Origin: an uncultured bacterium
Lineage (GTDB): Bacteria; Babelota; Babeliae; Babelales; Vermiphilaceae
DNA: 64,000 bases
Direction of reading: 5' to 3'
Assembly (NCBI GenBank): GCA_963707655.1
Contig: OY970172.1
Coordinates: 480,001-544,000 of the forward strand
Below the pieces are notes generated by a model, which worked only from the letters and a program-made list of their open reading frames with translations, had not been told where the DNA came from and made no database searches. Positions 41,005 to 51,329 of this stretch are shown here, piece by piece. Position numbers and translations under genes: made by a program. Position 1 is the first letter of the stretch. Every line of letters starts with the position of its first letter.

Positions 41005-41410
41005 GCTGCTGTTTTATATTTTTTATTAAACCAAGAATTAAGCTTTCTTTGAAAAAAGCTTTTTCGTCAAATGCAGCCTGCTCTTCCTCCATGTAGGTAA
41101 GAATATCAATGAGATATGAAATATCACTGACCAAAATTTTTTGTTCTCCAGAGAATTGAACAAGCTTGTTTATACATTTCTGCATACGTGTTAAACGGCC
41201 AACAACAAGGTCGTGATACATAAAAAAATCATCTACCAATGGCTCTTCTTCCCGTATCATGCGGCTCTCGCCCCATGCCTGCATACCCAGATTAAGAATC
41301 AGGGCATACGGTGATTCAGGCAACGCGCCCCACATTTCACGAGAATAACTCGTTGAAAAACATACAAAAAACGAAAAAAAAACTACATAGAATGGTGCTT
41401 GAACACTCAT
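40988..41410 (-). CDS. Hypothetical secreted protein
   Basis: Hydrophobic N-terminus, GGGG RBS. Confidence 0.55.
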   Translation of the reverse strand: MSVQAPFYVVFFSFFVCFSTSYSREMWGALPESPYALILNLGMQAWGESRMIREEEPLVDDFFMYHDLVVGRLTRMQKCINKLVQFSGEQKILVSDISYLIDILTYMEEEQAAFDEKAFFKESLILGLIKNIKQQLIDLL

Positions 41411-41509
41411 TATTTCCCCTAATACTCAACGAGAGAACCGCCAAGATCCTCTTTATTGTAAGTATCAGTTAAAAATATTCTATTTGTCAATAATGCAGTG
41501 ATAGGGAGT

Positions 41510-41546
41510 AAAAAAAGAGGCTGCATGGTATAGTGCAGCCTCTTTT
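41510..41546 (-). terminator. Rho-independent terminator downstream of ssb
   Basis: AAAAGAGGCTGCA-tggtatag-TGCAGCCTCTTTT. Confidence 0.75.
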
Positions 41547-41600
41547 GTGATTCGTTAAACGGTTAAACCCCGTTGTATCGCGTAATTATTGGGATAGCTT

Positions 41601-41634
41601 GCCCTACTTCGCTCCTTACAGAGCTATGAAGGGC
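41601..41634. repeat. Palindromic REP-like element
   Basis: gccctaCTTCGCTCcttacaGAGCtatGAAGggc; same CTTCGCT/AGCTA core as the 229 and 527xx-530xx elements. Confidence 0.55.
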
Positions 41635-41691
41635 TAATTTCATCCCCAGACTAAAAATCCACTTGAGATTTTTCTAGCCGATAGGATGAAA

Positions 41692-42285
41692 TTAGAAAGG
41701 AAGATCGTCTTGAAATGGCGGCGCATCTTTAAAATCAATTTCTCCGCCCGGCATAACATCTGAGTCAGCATCTTTCTTTCTGCGTGGTTTGGCAGAAACA
41801 GCATCTTCTGTATGCGCATCTTTAGTTGCATAGCCAGATTTACCGCGCCCTTTGATCTGATTAATTTGATTAAGAAGATCTTTTTCCATCTCGCCGGAGA
41901 CAGTGCTTTCTCCACCAAATTCTTTTTCATCAGAAATAGAGTCTGCGCCTTGGTTGGATGATAAAAAGACAACGCGGTCAGCAACAATAGAATGCTTGCT
42001 GCGTGTTTGACCATTGGCATCTTCCCAACTATCAAACTTCAAGCGCCCTTCAACCAATGCTGGACGTCCTTTTTGTAGATACTGGCGGCAACTTTCTGCC
42101 TGAGCACCCCACACATCAACATCGATGTAGCAGACTTCTTGAATCATGCTGCCCGACTGCTTATTTTTAAATTGACGATTGGTAGCCAGACCAATTCTGC
42201 AAACAGCTTGTCCTGATGCGAGCTGCTTGTAATCAGGATCTCGAGTCAAATTACCAATTATGATAATGCGATTAAAACTTGCCAT
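41692..42285 (-). CDS. ssb: Single-stranded DNA-binding protein
   Basis: NRIIIIGNLTRDP, LQKGRPALVEGRL, acidic tip DDLPF. Confidence 0.96.
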   Translation of the reverse strand: MASFNRIIIIGNLTRDPDYKQLASGQAVCRIGLATNRQFKNKQSGSMIQEVCYIDVDVWGAQAESCRQYLQKGRPALVEGRLKFDSWEDANGQTRSKHSIVADRVVFLSSNQGADSISDEKEFGGESTVSGEMEKDLLNQINQIKGRGKSGYATKDAHTEDAVSAKPRRKKDADSDVMPGGEIDFKDAPPFQDDLPF

Positions 42286-42377
42286 AGTAAAAAACCTTTA
42301 TGTATATAAAAAAATTGTGCACAAATTTTAAGATTAACGAGAAAAAAAAATTTCTCAAATCACCGAATAAGCATCGA

Positions 42378-42704
42378 TTATTTTTTCTTCTTTTCTTTCA
42401 GCTTTGAAGGCATATATTGCAACGTATAATCAAGTTGTTTGGTGATAAACGTTAAATCATCCAACGCTGCCTCATAATCTGTCCTGCTCATCTTTTTTTC
42501 CCCTTCAATAATTGCAAGCTTCGTATTAGTAATCTGCGTGTTCAAAGTATTTATATTTTTTTCTGCGTAGACAGACTCAACAAAACAAGATTCTCTTAAT
42601 GCGCTAATTGAAGCAGTAGAGATTTTTGGTTTTGTTATTACAAAATCTTCTGCCATGCCATGATGCATAAGAAAACAAAATAATATGATTACTGTTTTTT
42701 TCAT
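42378..42704 (-). CDS. Small secreted hypothetical protein
   Basis: Signal peptide; ATGA overlap with the upstream gene. Confidence 0.65.
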   Translation of the reverse strand: MKKTVIILFCFLMHHGMAEDFVITKPKISTASISALRESCFVESVYAEKNINTLNTQITNTKLAIIEGEKKMSRTDYEAALDDLTFITKQLDYTLQYMPSKLKEKKKK

Positions 42705-43306
42705 ACTTTGCTTCCTTGCAATAAACCAAATCCTATACGAATGTATTGTATTAATGAAAGCAGCACCAAGCCCACTACTAGGGTAAAGGCTGCATAATAG
42801 GTTTTAAGCGGAAACCAATTTAAAAAATTACAGGCAAAAAGCCATGCAATAAAAAGAACTTGCATAAACGTGGTAATTTTACTGATAATCGTTGGCTGCA
42901 CCTGCATAAATCCACGCATAACATACAGCGCGCCAACCCCTACGACAATAATTACTTCACGAACAAAAATAATGGCGACGAACCAGAACGGTATATGCAA
43001 CAACGATCTATTTTGAAAAGCAAGAGTAAAAAAACACGCAAGGGTAAGCACTTTATCTGCAACAGGGTCGAGCCACGCACCAAGCAAGGTTTTTTCATTG
43101 CGCCAACGAGCCAAGTTGCCGTCGAGTGTATCGGTAATGGCGGCGCACACAAACAATAAAAATGCATAATTCCATTGTTCGGCAATCATGGTATACACAA
43201 TAACGGGCGTCATGATAATGCGCGCAATCGTGAGCCAGGTAGAAAGCGTGAGACGTCTTTCACGCTTGGGAAATTTTGTAAAAAAAGAAAATCTTAATTT
43301 CATCAT
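42701..43306 (-). CDS. CDP-alcohol phosphatidyltransferase (PgsA-like)
   Basis: TDTLDGNLAR....T.LGAWLDPVADK motif; start moved from 43420. Confidence 0.9.
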   Translation of the reverse strand: MMKLRFSFFTKFPKRERRLTLSTWLTIARIIMTPVIVYTMIAEQWNYAFLLFVCAAITDTLDGNLARWRNEKTLLGAWLDPVADKVLTLACFFTLAFQNRSLLHIPFWFVAIIFVREVIIVVGVGALYVMRGFMQVQPTIISKITTFMQVLFIAWLFACNFLNWFPLKTYYAAFTLVVGLVLLSLIQYIRIGFGLLQGSKV

Positions 43307-43380
43307 AAAAAACCAACATGGGTAAAAAGATAGATTGATGATACTCAAGTCAGTATACAACAAGAATATATTAGGTAAAA

Positions 43381-44442
43381 TTAGCTGTGCGATTGTGCAA
43401 TAATGCCGGCACCCAAACAAATATCCCCATCATAAAATACGGCAAACTGTCCGGGTGATATTCCTTGATCGCGCTCGCTCAAGACAACCTCTGCTTTACT
43501 GTCTGAAAGAGGTTTAAAGAGGCAATCATAAATCGCAGCACCATGACGCAATTTTACTTGTACATGTTTTTTTTCAGGAACTCCTGCGAACCAGCGGCAA
43601 TCTTCAACCACAAAACGGTCACGCATTTTATCTGAGGCATAATAATCGCGGGAAATAAAAAGAATATTGCGCTCCGCATCTTTGCTTACCACGTACCAGG
43701 GGCCGCCAGCCAAGCCCAGGCCTTGGCGCTGACCAATAGTGTGGTACCAAAAGCCTTTGTGTTCACCCAGAATTTTGCCCGTTTCATATTCTATGATGGC
43801 ACCGGGCTTTTCTCCCATATAATGGCCAATAAAATCGCTAAATTTAATTTTTCCTAAAAAACAGATGCCTTGGCTGTCTTTTCTGTTTTGATTGGACAAA
43901 TTATAATGCTTTGCCAATTCGCGCACCTGCTCTTTACGCAAGTGGCCAATAGGAAACAGTGCGCGAGAAAGTTGTCTTTGATTTAAAAAGGAGAGGAAAT
44001 AGGTTTGATCTTTTATAAGATCGGGTGCTTTGACAAGCTTGAAAAGAGCATTTTCTTGTACAACCTGTGCATAGTGACCGGTAGCAACTTTATCAAACGA
44101 TGCATCAATTTTATCGTAAAATATGCCAAACTTAATGCGCTGATTGCATAACACATCAGGATTTGGTGTGCGTCCCGCTTTAACTTCGGCTATGGTGTAA
44201 GAAACAACCTGCTCCCAATACTCTTTTTGTAGTGAAACTACTTCAAGCGGAACACCTACTTGTTCGCAAACCGAGCGCACATAGGCAAGATCATCTTCCC
44301 AAGGACACGTGCCCAAAAAAGATGTCTCGTCCTCGAGCCAAATTTTAAGATAAAAAGCGGTTAATTCATGCCCCTGCTCTTTTAAAAGCTGAAGAGCAAC
44401 CGAGCTATCAACACCGCCGGAAACTAATACTGCTATTTTCAT
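43381..44442 (-). CDS. mnmA: tRNA 2-thiouridylase
   Basis: SGGVDSS, TPNPDVLCN, ATGHYA, KDQTYFL, SQGICF, PGQFAV. Confidence 0.96.
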   Translation of the reverse strand: MKIAVLVSGGVDSSVALQLLKEQGHELTAFYLKIWLEDETSFLGTCPWEDDLAYVRSVCEQVGVPLEVVSLQKEYWEQVVSYTIAEVKAGRTPNPDVLCNQRIKFGIFYDKIDASFDKVATGHYAQVVQENALFKLVKAPDLIKDQTYFLSFLNQRQLSRALFPIGHLRKEQVRELAKHYNLSNQNRKDSQGICFLGKIKFSDFIGHYMGEKPGAIIEYETGKILGEHKGFWYHTIGQRQGLGLAGGPWYVVSKDAERNILFISRDYYASDKMRDRFVVEDCRWFAGVPEKKHVQVKLRHGAAIYDCLFKPLSDSKAEVVLSERDQGISPGQFAVFYDGDICLGAGIIAQSHS

Positions 44443-44489
44443 GAAAAACTCTGATTTAAATTGAATTAGTTTTTAGTGTAGCAGATATA

Positions 44490-44533
44490 AAAAAAGGGTC
44501 TATTAAAAGCACTTTTTAATGCTTAATAGACCC
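44490..44533 (-). terminator. Rho-independent terminator after the 44562 gene
   Basis: GGGTCTATTAA...TTAATAGACCC hairpin preceded by an A run on the + strand. Confidence 0.6.
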
Positions 44534-44561
44534 AAAATATTACGTAAAAAAATCTTATTGA

Positions 44562-45029
44562 TTATTTATTCGGATTAGAAGAAACTCTGCCAAGCCAGCG
44601 AGCAAAATTAACGGGAAAACAGACCAAATCAACAATTCCTTCTACTTCATATTCCTGCTTTACGGGACGACGTCGTATTGTTTCATTGTGATTATCATGC
44701 CTCTTGACTCTATATGAGGCGTTAATAATCTGCATAGTCTCTTGGTCAACTGATCCAGCGTTATCCGCAACACCGTGTGCTTTTAATATCGACAATCTGG
44801 CCTCGTCTAACTTGCCATTAAGCGAACAGCGTTCTTCGTTTTTTGCGATGCATTCTTTGCAAGCACTCCATATCTGCTCTGATGCTTCCAAATTCATCAT
44901 TCCTAAACTCTTCCACACGCCATCAACGCGCTCTTGATTTGCCTCAAAGCCAGTGCGTAATTGCACCGCATAAGAAGACAACGAGCACAATAAGGATAAA
45001 ACGAAAACACCCTTAAATACTTTTACCAT
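44562..45029 (-). CDS. Secreted hypothetical protein
   Basis: Signal peptide ending SSYA; AAGGA RBS. Confidence 0.65.
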   Translation of the reverse strand: MVKVFKGVFVLSLLCSLSSYAVQLRTGFEANQERVDGVWKSLGMMNLEASEQIWSACKECIAKNEERCSLNGKLDEARLSILKAHGVADNAGSVDQETMQIINASYRVKRHDNHNETIRRRPVKQEYEVEGIVDLVCFPVNFARWLGRVSSNPNK

Positions 45030-45145
45030 ATCATAATTCCTTTATTTAAAACTCAATTATAAATTTATTTACTATTATACATAAGAATATCAATAATCAG
45101 CCAATGCGTCAATCGGGGAAAAACCCTTTATCCCGCCAAGAATTA

Positions 45146-45175
45146 TTGAATATACCACACAAGGATTGCTATTAT
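45146..45175 (+). promoter_or_regulatory. Promoter (extended -10) of the 45224 gene
   Basis: TTGAAT-N18-TATTAT with TG before the -10; same layout at 45755-45784 and 46346-46375. Confidence 0.55.
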
Positions 45176-45223
45176 TAATATGATATAGAGATAGAGATAT
45201 TTGAAGTAAAAATGGGAGAACTC

Positions 45224-45637
45224 ATGAATAAGATACAAATATTTGCCGTTGTTGCCGCTTTATTGGCATCAGGCAGTGCATTGGCCAACGTGCTCATATA
45301 TAACCAAACCCTCTACCCAATCAAAGCTATTGTGAAATGGGATGGTGGGTCGAAGACCATTGAGAATATACAACCAAATGCCAAACGCGACAATCCAACA
45401 AAAGAAGATGCCAAAATCACCGCTGACGTAGTGAATATCAAGAGACATTACATCATATTTGCCGAGTACAATGGAAAATATGTACAGGTGGCAGATGAAA
45501 AGGTAAGCGATGCCGGAAACAGAAGAGTGTTTGTTACCTACACAGGGGATAAACCTTTTGATGAAAATGCCGGAGCTTCTGAACTAGTACTTAATCCAAA
45601 AGGATTCAGGGTACGAACCGAGCCATATACTCGATAA
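45224..45637 (+). CDS. Small secreted beta-rich protein
   Basis: Signal peptide ending ALA; IYNQTLYPIK; paralog of the 45834 gene. Confidence 0.75.
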   Translation: MNKIQIFAVVAALLASGSALANVLIYNQTLYPIKAIVKWDGGSKTIENIQPNAKRDNPTKEDAKITADVVNIKRHYIIFAEYNGKYVQVADEKVSDAGNRRVFVTYTGDKPFDENAGASELVLNPKGFRVRTEPYTR

Positions 45638-45651
45638 AAAACCTTACATAA

Positions 45652-45691
45652 GAAAAAAACCCTGCATAGCTTAGTTGTGCAGGGTTTTTTT
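45652..45691 (+). terminator. Rho-independent terminator
   Basis: AAAAAACCCTGCA...TGCAGGGTTTTTTT. Confidence 0.85.
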
Positions 45692-45833
45692 TGTGTCTCT
45701 TTAATGCCCTTATGCGAATCAACTGCGTCTTCTTTTACTTTCCCGAATAAAATATTGCATATCTGAATATTAAACTGCTATTCTCTAACTAAATAGAATT
45801 AAAATGCTGTATCACAACAGAAAAGGAACAATA

Positions 45834-46214
45834 ATGAAAACACTAAAGCTTATGGCTACCCTGCTTGCCCTCTTGGCAACCGGACAGGCAATGGCTTGGA
45901 CGCGCATAGCAAATCACACCTCTTATCCCATTAAATTTCGTGCAGCGCTCAAAGGCGGCGATATTTTTGGTGGTAAAAAATACCCAAGCATTGACTCTAT
46001 ACCCACCATTGCTCCCAAAACCGACCTTTTCACCAATGAGGGTTTAATGAACCTAAGAACCCGCTATGATGTTTATGCAGATTTTGGCGATGGACATTTT
46101 GTGCAAGTCATTTCCCAAAGAGTCGGCAATGAGGGCGGAAACAGACAGCTCGATGTATACCGTGATGACGACGGAAACTGGAGAATCTCTTCTTTAGTAA
46201 GAGGCGCCAATTAA
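45834..46214 (+). CDS. Small secreted beta-rich protein (paralog of 45224)
   Basis: Signal peptide ending AMA; IANHTSYPIK; shared Y...A.....VQV...GNR motif. Confidence 0.75.
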   Translation: MKTLKLMATLLALLATGQAMAWTRIANHTSYPIKFRAALKGGDIFGGKKYPSIDSIPTIAPKTDLFTNEGLMNLRTRYDVYADFGDGHFVQVISQRVGNEGGNRQLDVYRDDDGNWRISSLVRGAN

Positions 46215-46225
46215 TTAAAAGATAA

Positions 46226-46264
46226 TAAAACCTCGCATGGTCGTTGCATCATGCGGGGTTTTTT
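46226..46264 (+). terminator. Rho-independent terminator
   Basis: AAAACCTCGCATG...CATGCGGGGTTTTTT. Confidence 0.8.
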
Positions 46265-46452
46265 ATTATGCCAGTCTCTTTCTTCATAAAGATTACTGCA
46301 GCAACCGCATTTTTTATATCATTGTTACTTTATTGAATGAAAATATTGCATATTTGCATATTAAAATGATACTGTTGAAATGAAGTTAAATATGATAGCA
46401 AATGGTAAAAAATATAGTATTACTCTAAAACAGTAAAAAGGTCAGGAAAGTC

Positions 46453-47793
46453 ATGAAGTTATCAAATATAAAAATAGCAATTGCGTTGGCATTTGCGTTC
46501 ATGCTTGGCACAACACAAGGTACTGCCCATCTGATTGGGATCAGTAATAAAACGGGTCAGGGATTCCCTACTCCCCGCATAGCGATTAGTGGCACTACTA
46601 TTACCTCAATCCCCTACACGGCAAACAATGTGGGATTGCAAAACATAAAAGTAAATCTGCCCGTAGAAGTTACTTTGAACTATGACTCAACAATCAATGA
46701 GGGCAAACCCTATACGATTAGAATTGAAGAAAGCGGCAGCCTTGGCAACTGTCAGGGTAATAAAAAGATGATCGTGGCAAAGATTTTAGAAGGCGGCGCA
46801 CCACAACAAACGTGCTGCGTTACTTTGGCAAAAAACTCATTTTCACTCAGTAGTGATCCCTATGAATGGGAAAACGTTGTTTTAGCTATCGCTAACAATA
46901 CCGAATACAAGACAAATACTAAAGCTCTGCCTTTTAAGTTTGGCGTTGCCCCATGGACCACTACAAAATTACCCTGGAATAAAATGACCGTGGAAAAAAC
47001 CGCGGACACATCGAAAAACGCAGCCAAACAATTCACTCATGAATGGAGCTCGGGCCCAGAAAATGGATTAAAGGGATTAAAAGTAATGCAAGGCAATACC
47101 GCCTGGATGGGTGGAGACATTACACAAAACCTTATACCAAAAAAAGGTTTTGATCATATAACTCACATTTATAACAATACCCCATACGTGCTTAATGTAA
47201 CGAGAAACATTCGCAACAGCGCGCAGTCGGGATCAAACTTTAATCAGCTCATACCAGCGTGGAGTGCTGTTCCGTGGACCATGGCATGGATTCCAACCAT
47301 TCCTAAATCAGATTTTCATCCTGACCAGGATCAACAATTATCAGCAATTCAAATCTATGCACTCTATGCCCCCGACGCTGATCAACCAAAGCTGCCCGGA
47401 GCCGTGCCAATTCTTACCAAAACCGGCTCAACTGAGCATTCCGTAGGCAAAGATACCGACGATATTATTGCCGGCATGCAGGCGGGCCACTCCGAGTACA
47501 TCTCTGGGCTATTGGGTGAAACACCTATCAAAGATTTAATGCCCAACATAGACAAAGATCAATACGCTGTTGGTAATGAGTATTTCAGAATATTTACCAT
47601 TGATAATCAAAACGGCACTACCTATATACAAAAGTGCGATAATTCTACCCAGGAATGCCAAGATTATGCAACAGTGCCCGCACCAAAAACCAATCCACAA
47701 TTTGGTTACTTTAAATTAATAGTAAGTGAAGATAGAGACGACATAAAACTTAATCTTTCACCGGCTCCTTATGAAAAAGTGTTAGAAGATTAA
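46453..47793 (+). CDS. Secreted multi-domain beta-rich protein
   Basis: Signal peptide; ISNKTG and IYNNTPY domain-start motifs. Confidence 0.75.
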   Translation: MKLSNIKIAIALAFAFMLGTTQGTAHLIGISNKTGQGFPTPRIAISGTTITSIPYTANNVGLQNIKVNLPVEVTLNYDSTINEGKPYTIRIEESGSLGNCQGNKKMIVAKILEGGAPQQTCCVTLAKNSFSLSSDPYEWENVVLAIANNTEYKTNTKALPFKFGVAPWTTTKLPWNKMTVEKTADTSKNAAKQFTHEWSSGPENGLKGLKVMQGNTAWMGGDITQNLIPKKGFDHITHIYNNTPYVLNVTRNIRNSAQSGSNFNQLIPAWSAVPWTMAWIPTIPKSDFHPDQDQQLSAIQIYALYAPDADQPKLPGAVPILTKTGSTEHSVGKDTDDIIAGMQAGHSEYISGLLGETPIKDLMPNIDKDQYAVGNEYFRIFTIDNQNGTTYIQKCDNSTQECQDYATVPAPKTNPQFGYFKLIVSEDRDDIKLNLSPAPYEKVLED

Positions 47794-47806
47794 TCAGGAG
47801 AAGACT

Positions 47807-49462
47807 ATGAAACGAATACAAATACTAAGCATATTATTACTGGCCACTGGCCAGCAAACATTACCGGTTGTGCCCAAAGGGGTTAAAGCGCCCGCACGAG
47901 CAATAACCGCTATCGGTGATGCGCCAACACAATACACCGTGGTTTATACCAAAATAACCAAAGATCCTAAAGATCAAGAAGGAAAGCCGGTCGTTATACG
48001 CACACAAAAGAGCACCAAACCCGCCGGAGCCGGATCCGCGCCAATCAATGAAGAACTGGCTATCCCACAAGCTGATATTATTTTAAGCGCCGGCGCATTG
48101 CCTGACGCAGCAGCAAAAATTGCCGGGTTTATAGATCCTCGCGCAGGAGCGGCAGTCAAAGCAGGTTCAGCCATTCTTGATCAAGCACTTAATTTCGCGG
48201 GTCAGGAATTAAGTAAAAAGTATAAACTTAATTCTTTTGAAATAAAGCTTATAGAGCTTTTGCCTACCCAATATTATGAATTTGATGATTCCAACAACTC
48301 GATAAAAGTGAAACCTGCCTTTTTACCTGCTTTAGAAAAATATACCCAGATTTTGGCCAACTATGATGCTGTAGCAAAACCGTATAATAAGGCAGCAGTA
48401 AAATATAATAAACTGAAAAATGCATTACCGGAACAACGCCCACCTCCTAATAAACCAAAAGAACGCGCAGATTGGGATAAACAATATCAAGAAGCACTGA
48501 ATGTATATAATAATGAGTTGATGCCAGAATTAAAGAAAAAAGTTGGCATAGAATCACAATTAACCGAGTATGCACTCCATCGCGTTGCTTTAATGGCGAG
48601 CCAGGATGAACCGGGCGATGGCTGTAAAGCGACAGGAGAAAAAGGATGGGAAGGCCCATGGTCTCTTTACCTCTACTACTTCCTTGGTAGCAAGCAAACC
48701 AATAGAATTAAAGTGGATTTCTGCGCGCAAAAAGGGGTGACGCAAGATTTTGCTATTCGATTGAATCGCAATGATCAGGACGACAAAGGAAATTTTGTTG
48801 CCGGCGGCGTTAATCTGGAAGCAACAAGCAACAATACTATTAAATTCCCGGTAGAAATAGCGGCCGGAAAAATGAATTGGAACAGCAAGCAATCTGCAAA
48901 ATACAGCTGGTTCGATGATATGATTACCAATGAAAACGGTGGGGATATTGCAACCTATCTATATCCATATGACCTTTTCAACCTTGAGCAAAAACGTTTG
49001 AAAGAGCAAGCTGACAAAAACGATGCCCGCACCAAAGAAAACGTTGATAAGTTTAATGGCGCACTTGACGAATTAGACAAAGCAATGAAAGACATAAAAG
49101 ACAAAAAAGGCATAGTAGATAAAGTCTTAGGCGGCAGCGACAAAGATAAGGATAAAGACAAAGGCTCTGAAACGCCTGCTCCCGGGGGAGAAAAAGTTGC
49201 TGACAACTCTTTGATACCAAAAGGCAACAATGGGGCAAAAGAGTCAAAAAAAAACTACTATGCGATCTTAGGAGTAAGCAAAACAGCAACTGCGGCCGAG
49301 ATAAAAAAAGTATATTATGCGCTGGCAAAGACCAAGCATCCTGACAAACAGCTAGACAACCCAAACGCAGAAGCAGAATGGAAAGAAATTGGCGAAGCGT
49401 ATAGCGTATTATCAGATCCGGATAAAAGAAAAGCTTACGATCTAGCCGTTGCAGCAGGATAA
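47807..49462 (+). CDS. Secreted protein with a C-terminal DnaJ (J) domain
   Basis: Signal peptide; NYYAILGVSKTATAAEIKKVYYALAKTKHPDK...EAYSVLSDPDKRKAYD at the C-terminus. Confidence 0.88.
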   Translation: MKRIQILSILLLATGQQTLPVVPKGVKAPARAITAIGDAPTQYTVVYTKITKDPKDQEGKPVVIRTQKSTKPAGAGSAPINEELAIPQADIILSAGALPDAAAKIAGFIDPRAGAAVKAGSAILDQALNFAGQELSKKYKLNSFEIKLIELLPTQYYEFDDSNNSIKVKPAFLPALEKYTQILANYDAVAKPYNKAAVKYNKLKNALPEQRPPPNKPKERADWDKQYQEALNVYNNELMPELKKKVGIESQLTEYALHRVALMASQDEPGDGCKATGEKGWEGPWSLYLYYFLGSKQTNRIKVDFCAQKGVTQDFAIRLNRNDQDDKGNFVAGGVNLEATSNNTIKFPVEIAAGKMNWNSKQSAKYSWFDDMITNENGGDIATYLYPYDLFNLEQKRLKEQADKNDARTKENVDKFNGALDELDKAMKDIKDKKGIVDKVLGGSDKDKDKDKGSETPAPGGEKVADNSLIPKGNNGAKESKKNYYAILGVSKTATAAEIKKVYYALAKTKHPDKQLDNPNAEAEWKEIGEAYSVLSDPDKRKAYDLAVAAG

Positions 49463-49468
49463 CCACCC

Positions 49469-49516
49469 AAGAAAAGAGAGACGCAGAATATTTCCTCGTC
49501 TCTCTTTTCTTTTTTT
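49469..49516 (+). terminator. Rho-independent terminator
   Basis: AAGAAAAGAGAGACG...CGTCTCTCTTTTCTT followed by a T run. Confidence 0.8.
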
Positions 49517-49602
49517 AACAGCTAAAAGGTGACAAAAAAGCGACTCTATAGTAATTTTTAAACCATAGAGTGTCACCCTTAACTATTTCAGGCTTTTTTT
49601 AT

Positions 49603-51249
49603 ATGAACCTTATCGAACAGATTCAGCAAGCATTTATTACCCATCTATCTTCTTTATACGCACTATCCCCCGATCAGCTTCGCGAACATTCGTTAAGCAT
49701 TAATACCGATGATAACAAACAAGATTTTGGTGATTTAAACAGTGCGGCAGCTTTAGCTTTGGCCAAAGAGCTCAAGCGCAACCCTCGCCACATTGCCGAA
49801 GAAATAAAAAATTCATTTACCCATAGCGCCATAGAAAAAATAGATGTTGCCGGTGCAGGATTTATCAATCTTTTTTTTACAAAAAATGCGTTACATGAGA
49901 TTGCCCGGGAGCTCTTTACCCAAAAAGCGCTCTTCTTTAAGCCCGCGCAACTCCTGCCAAAAAAATTTAACATAGAATTCGTGAGCGCCAATCCAACCGG
50001 CCCCCTGCACTTTGGCCATGGCCGCAGCGGCATTATTGGCGATGTTTTGGCCAACGCTCTCCGCTTTCTGGGCCACGCGGTGACTAAAGAATTTTATATC
50101 AATGACGCAGGATCACAAATTCAAAAACTCGGCGCATCATTCAAAGCACGCGTCGCCCAGGCCGCAGGTATCGAAAGCCCTGTTCCTGAAGATGGTTATC
50201 AGGGAGAATATTTAGTTGCCCTCGCAGAGGAATGCCTAGCAACTCATGACAAAACAGTGCTTGAAAACAATGATCAGTTCTTTGAAGATTACGCAAAAAA
50301 CAAACTGCTCGAACGCATTAAAAATACTCTCATCAATTATGGTATCACGTTTGATGTCTGGTTCTCTGAAAAAACATTACACGTAAACAAATCAATAGAA
50401 GAAGCGATCGCAAAACTTAAAGAACAGGGCCATCTTTTTGAACAAGAGGGAGCGCTTTGGTTCCGCTCTACTGATTTTGGTGATGATAAAGATCGCGTAC
50501 TGCAAAAATCAAATGGCCAATGGACCTATATTGCAGCCGATATCGCCTATTTATTGAATAAAGTAAATCGCGGCTTTGATAAGTTGGCAGTGGTCCTTGG
50601 GCACGATCATCATAGCTATGCGGTCCGCCTGCAAGGCATTCGCACATCGCTGAATTTAAAGCCGACGCTGGACATTATACTCTATCAGTTGGTACGCATG
50701 AAAGAAGGTGGCGAGCTGGTGCAAATGTCTAAACGCACCGGCGTTATGATTACCTTGCAAGATGTTATCGATGCGGTCGGCACCGATGTTGCCCGCTTTT
50801 TCTATCTTCACCGCAAGGCCGATGCCCAGTTGGAATTTGATCTTGAGCTGGCTAAAAAAAGAACCGACGAAAATCCTGTTTATTATGTGCAATATGCCTA
50901 CGTGCGCATCCTTTCGATTGTAAACAAGGCAAACCAAGAAGCAGAGCTTGGCCAAATCAGCGCGGCCGATGCAGCGTATCTGGGCGCTGAAGAAGCGCTG
51001 CTCTTGAAAAAAATCGTCTCTTTAAAACATCTTCTTGAGACGATAGGCAGCAACCACCAAACCCACCTGCTCACCTACTACAGCATTGAGCTCGCCGATG
51101 CTTTTCATCGCTATTATAGCAAGCACCGGGTAGTCGATCTTACCGAGCCAAAACGCAGCCGGGGCAGACTGCTACTCCTTGAAACCCTCAAGACAACCTT
51201 TGGAACAGTTCTCGACATTCTGGGCATTAGCAAACCAGAAAAAATGTAA
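49603..51249 (+). CDS. argS: Arginyl-tRNA synthetase
   Basis: EFVSANPTGPLHFGHGR, MSKRTG, NPVYYVQYA, terminal PEKM. Confidence 0.96.
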   Translation: MNLIEQIQQAFITHLSSLYALSPDQLREHSLSINTDDNKQDFGDLNSAAALALAKELKRNPRHIAEEIKNSFTHSAIEKIDVAGAGFINLFFTKNALHEIARELFTQKALFFKPAQLLPKKFNIEFVSANPTGPLHFGHGRSGIIGDVLANALRFLGHAVTKEFYINDAGSQIQKLGASFKARVAQAAGIESPVPEDGYQGEYLVALAEECLATHDKTVLENNDQFFEDYAKNKLLERIKNTLINYGITFDVWFSEKTLHVNKSIEEAIAKLKEQGHLFEQEGALWFRSTDFGDDKDRVLQKSNGQWTYIAADIAYLLNKVNRGFDKLAVVLGHDHHSYAVRLQGIRTSLNLKPTLDIILYQLVRMKEGGELVQMSKRTGVMITLQDVIDAVGTDVARFFYLHRKADAQLEFDLELAKKRTDENPVYYVQYAYVRILSIVNKANQEAELGQISAADAAYLGAEEALLLKKIVSLKHLLETIGSNHQTHLLTYYSIELADAFHRYYSKHRVVDLTEPKRSRGRLLLLETLKTTFGTVLDILGISKPEKM

Positions 51250-51329
51250 TTGATAAAAATAGAAGATATGGCAAACTTAAAGAATTAATTCATAATTCAG
51301 ATTAAAAAATTAGCACAAAAGGACACACT

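Noticed and set aside
41640..42035. 131-aa alternative-frame ORF over ssb, and similar short shadow ORFs across the window
   Set aside because: They overlap well-supported genes and lack motifs or RBS.
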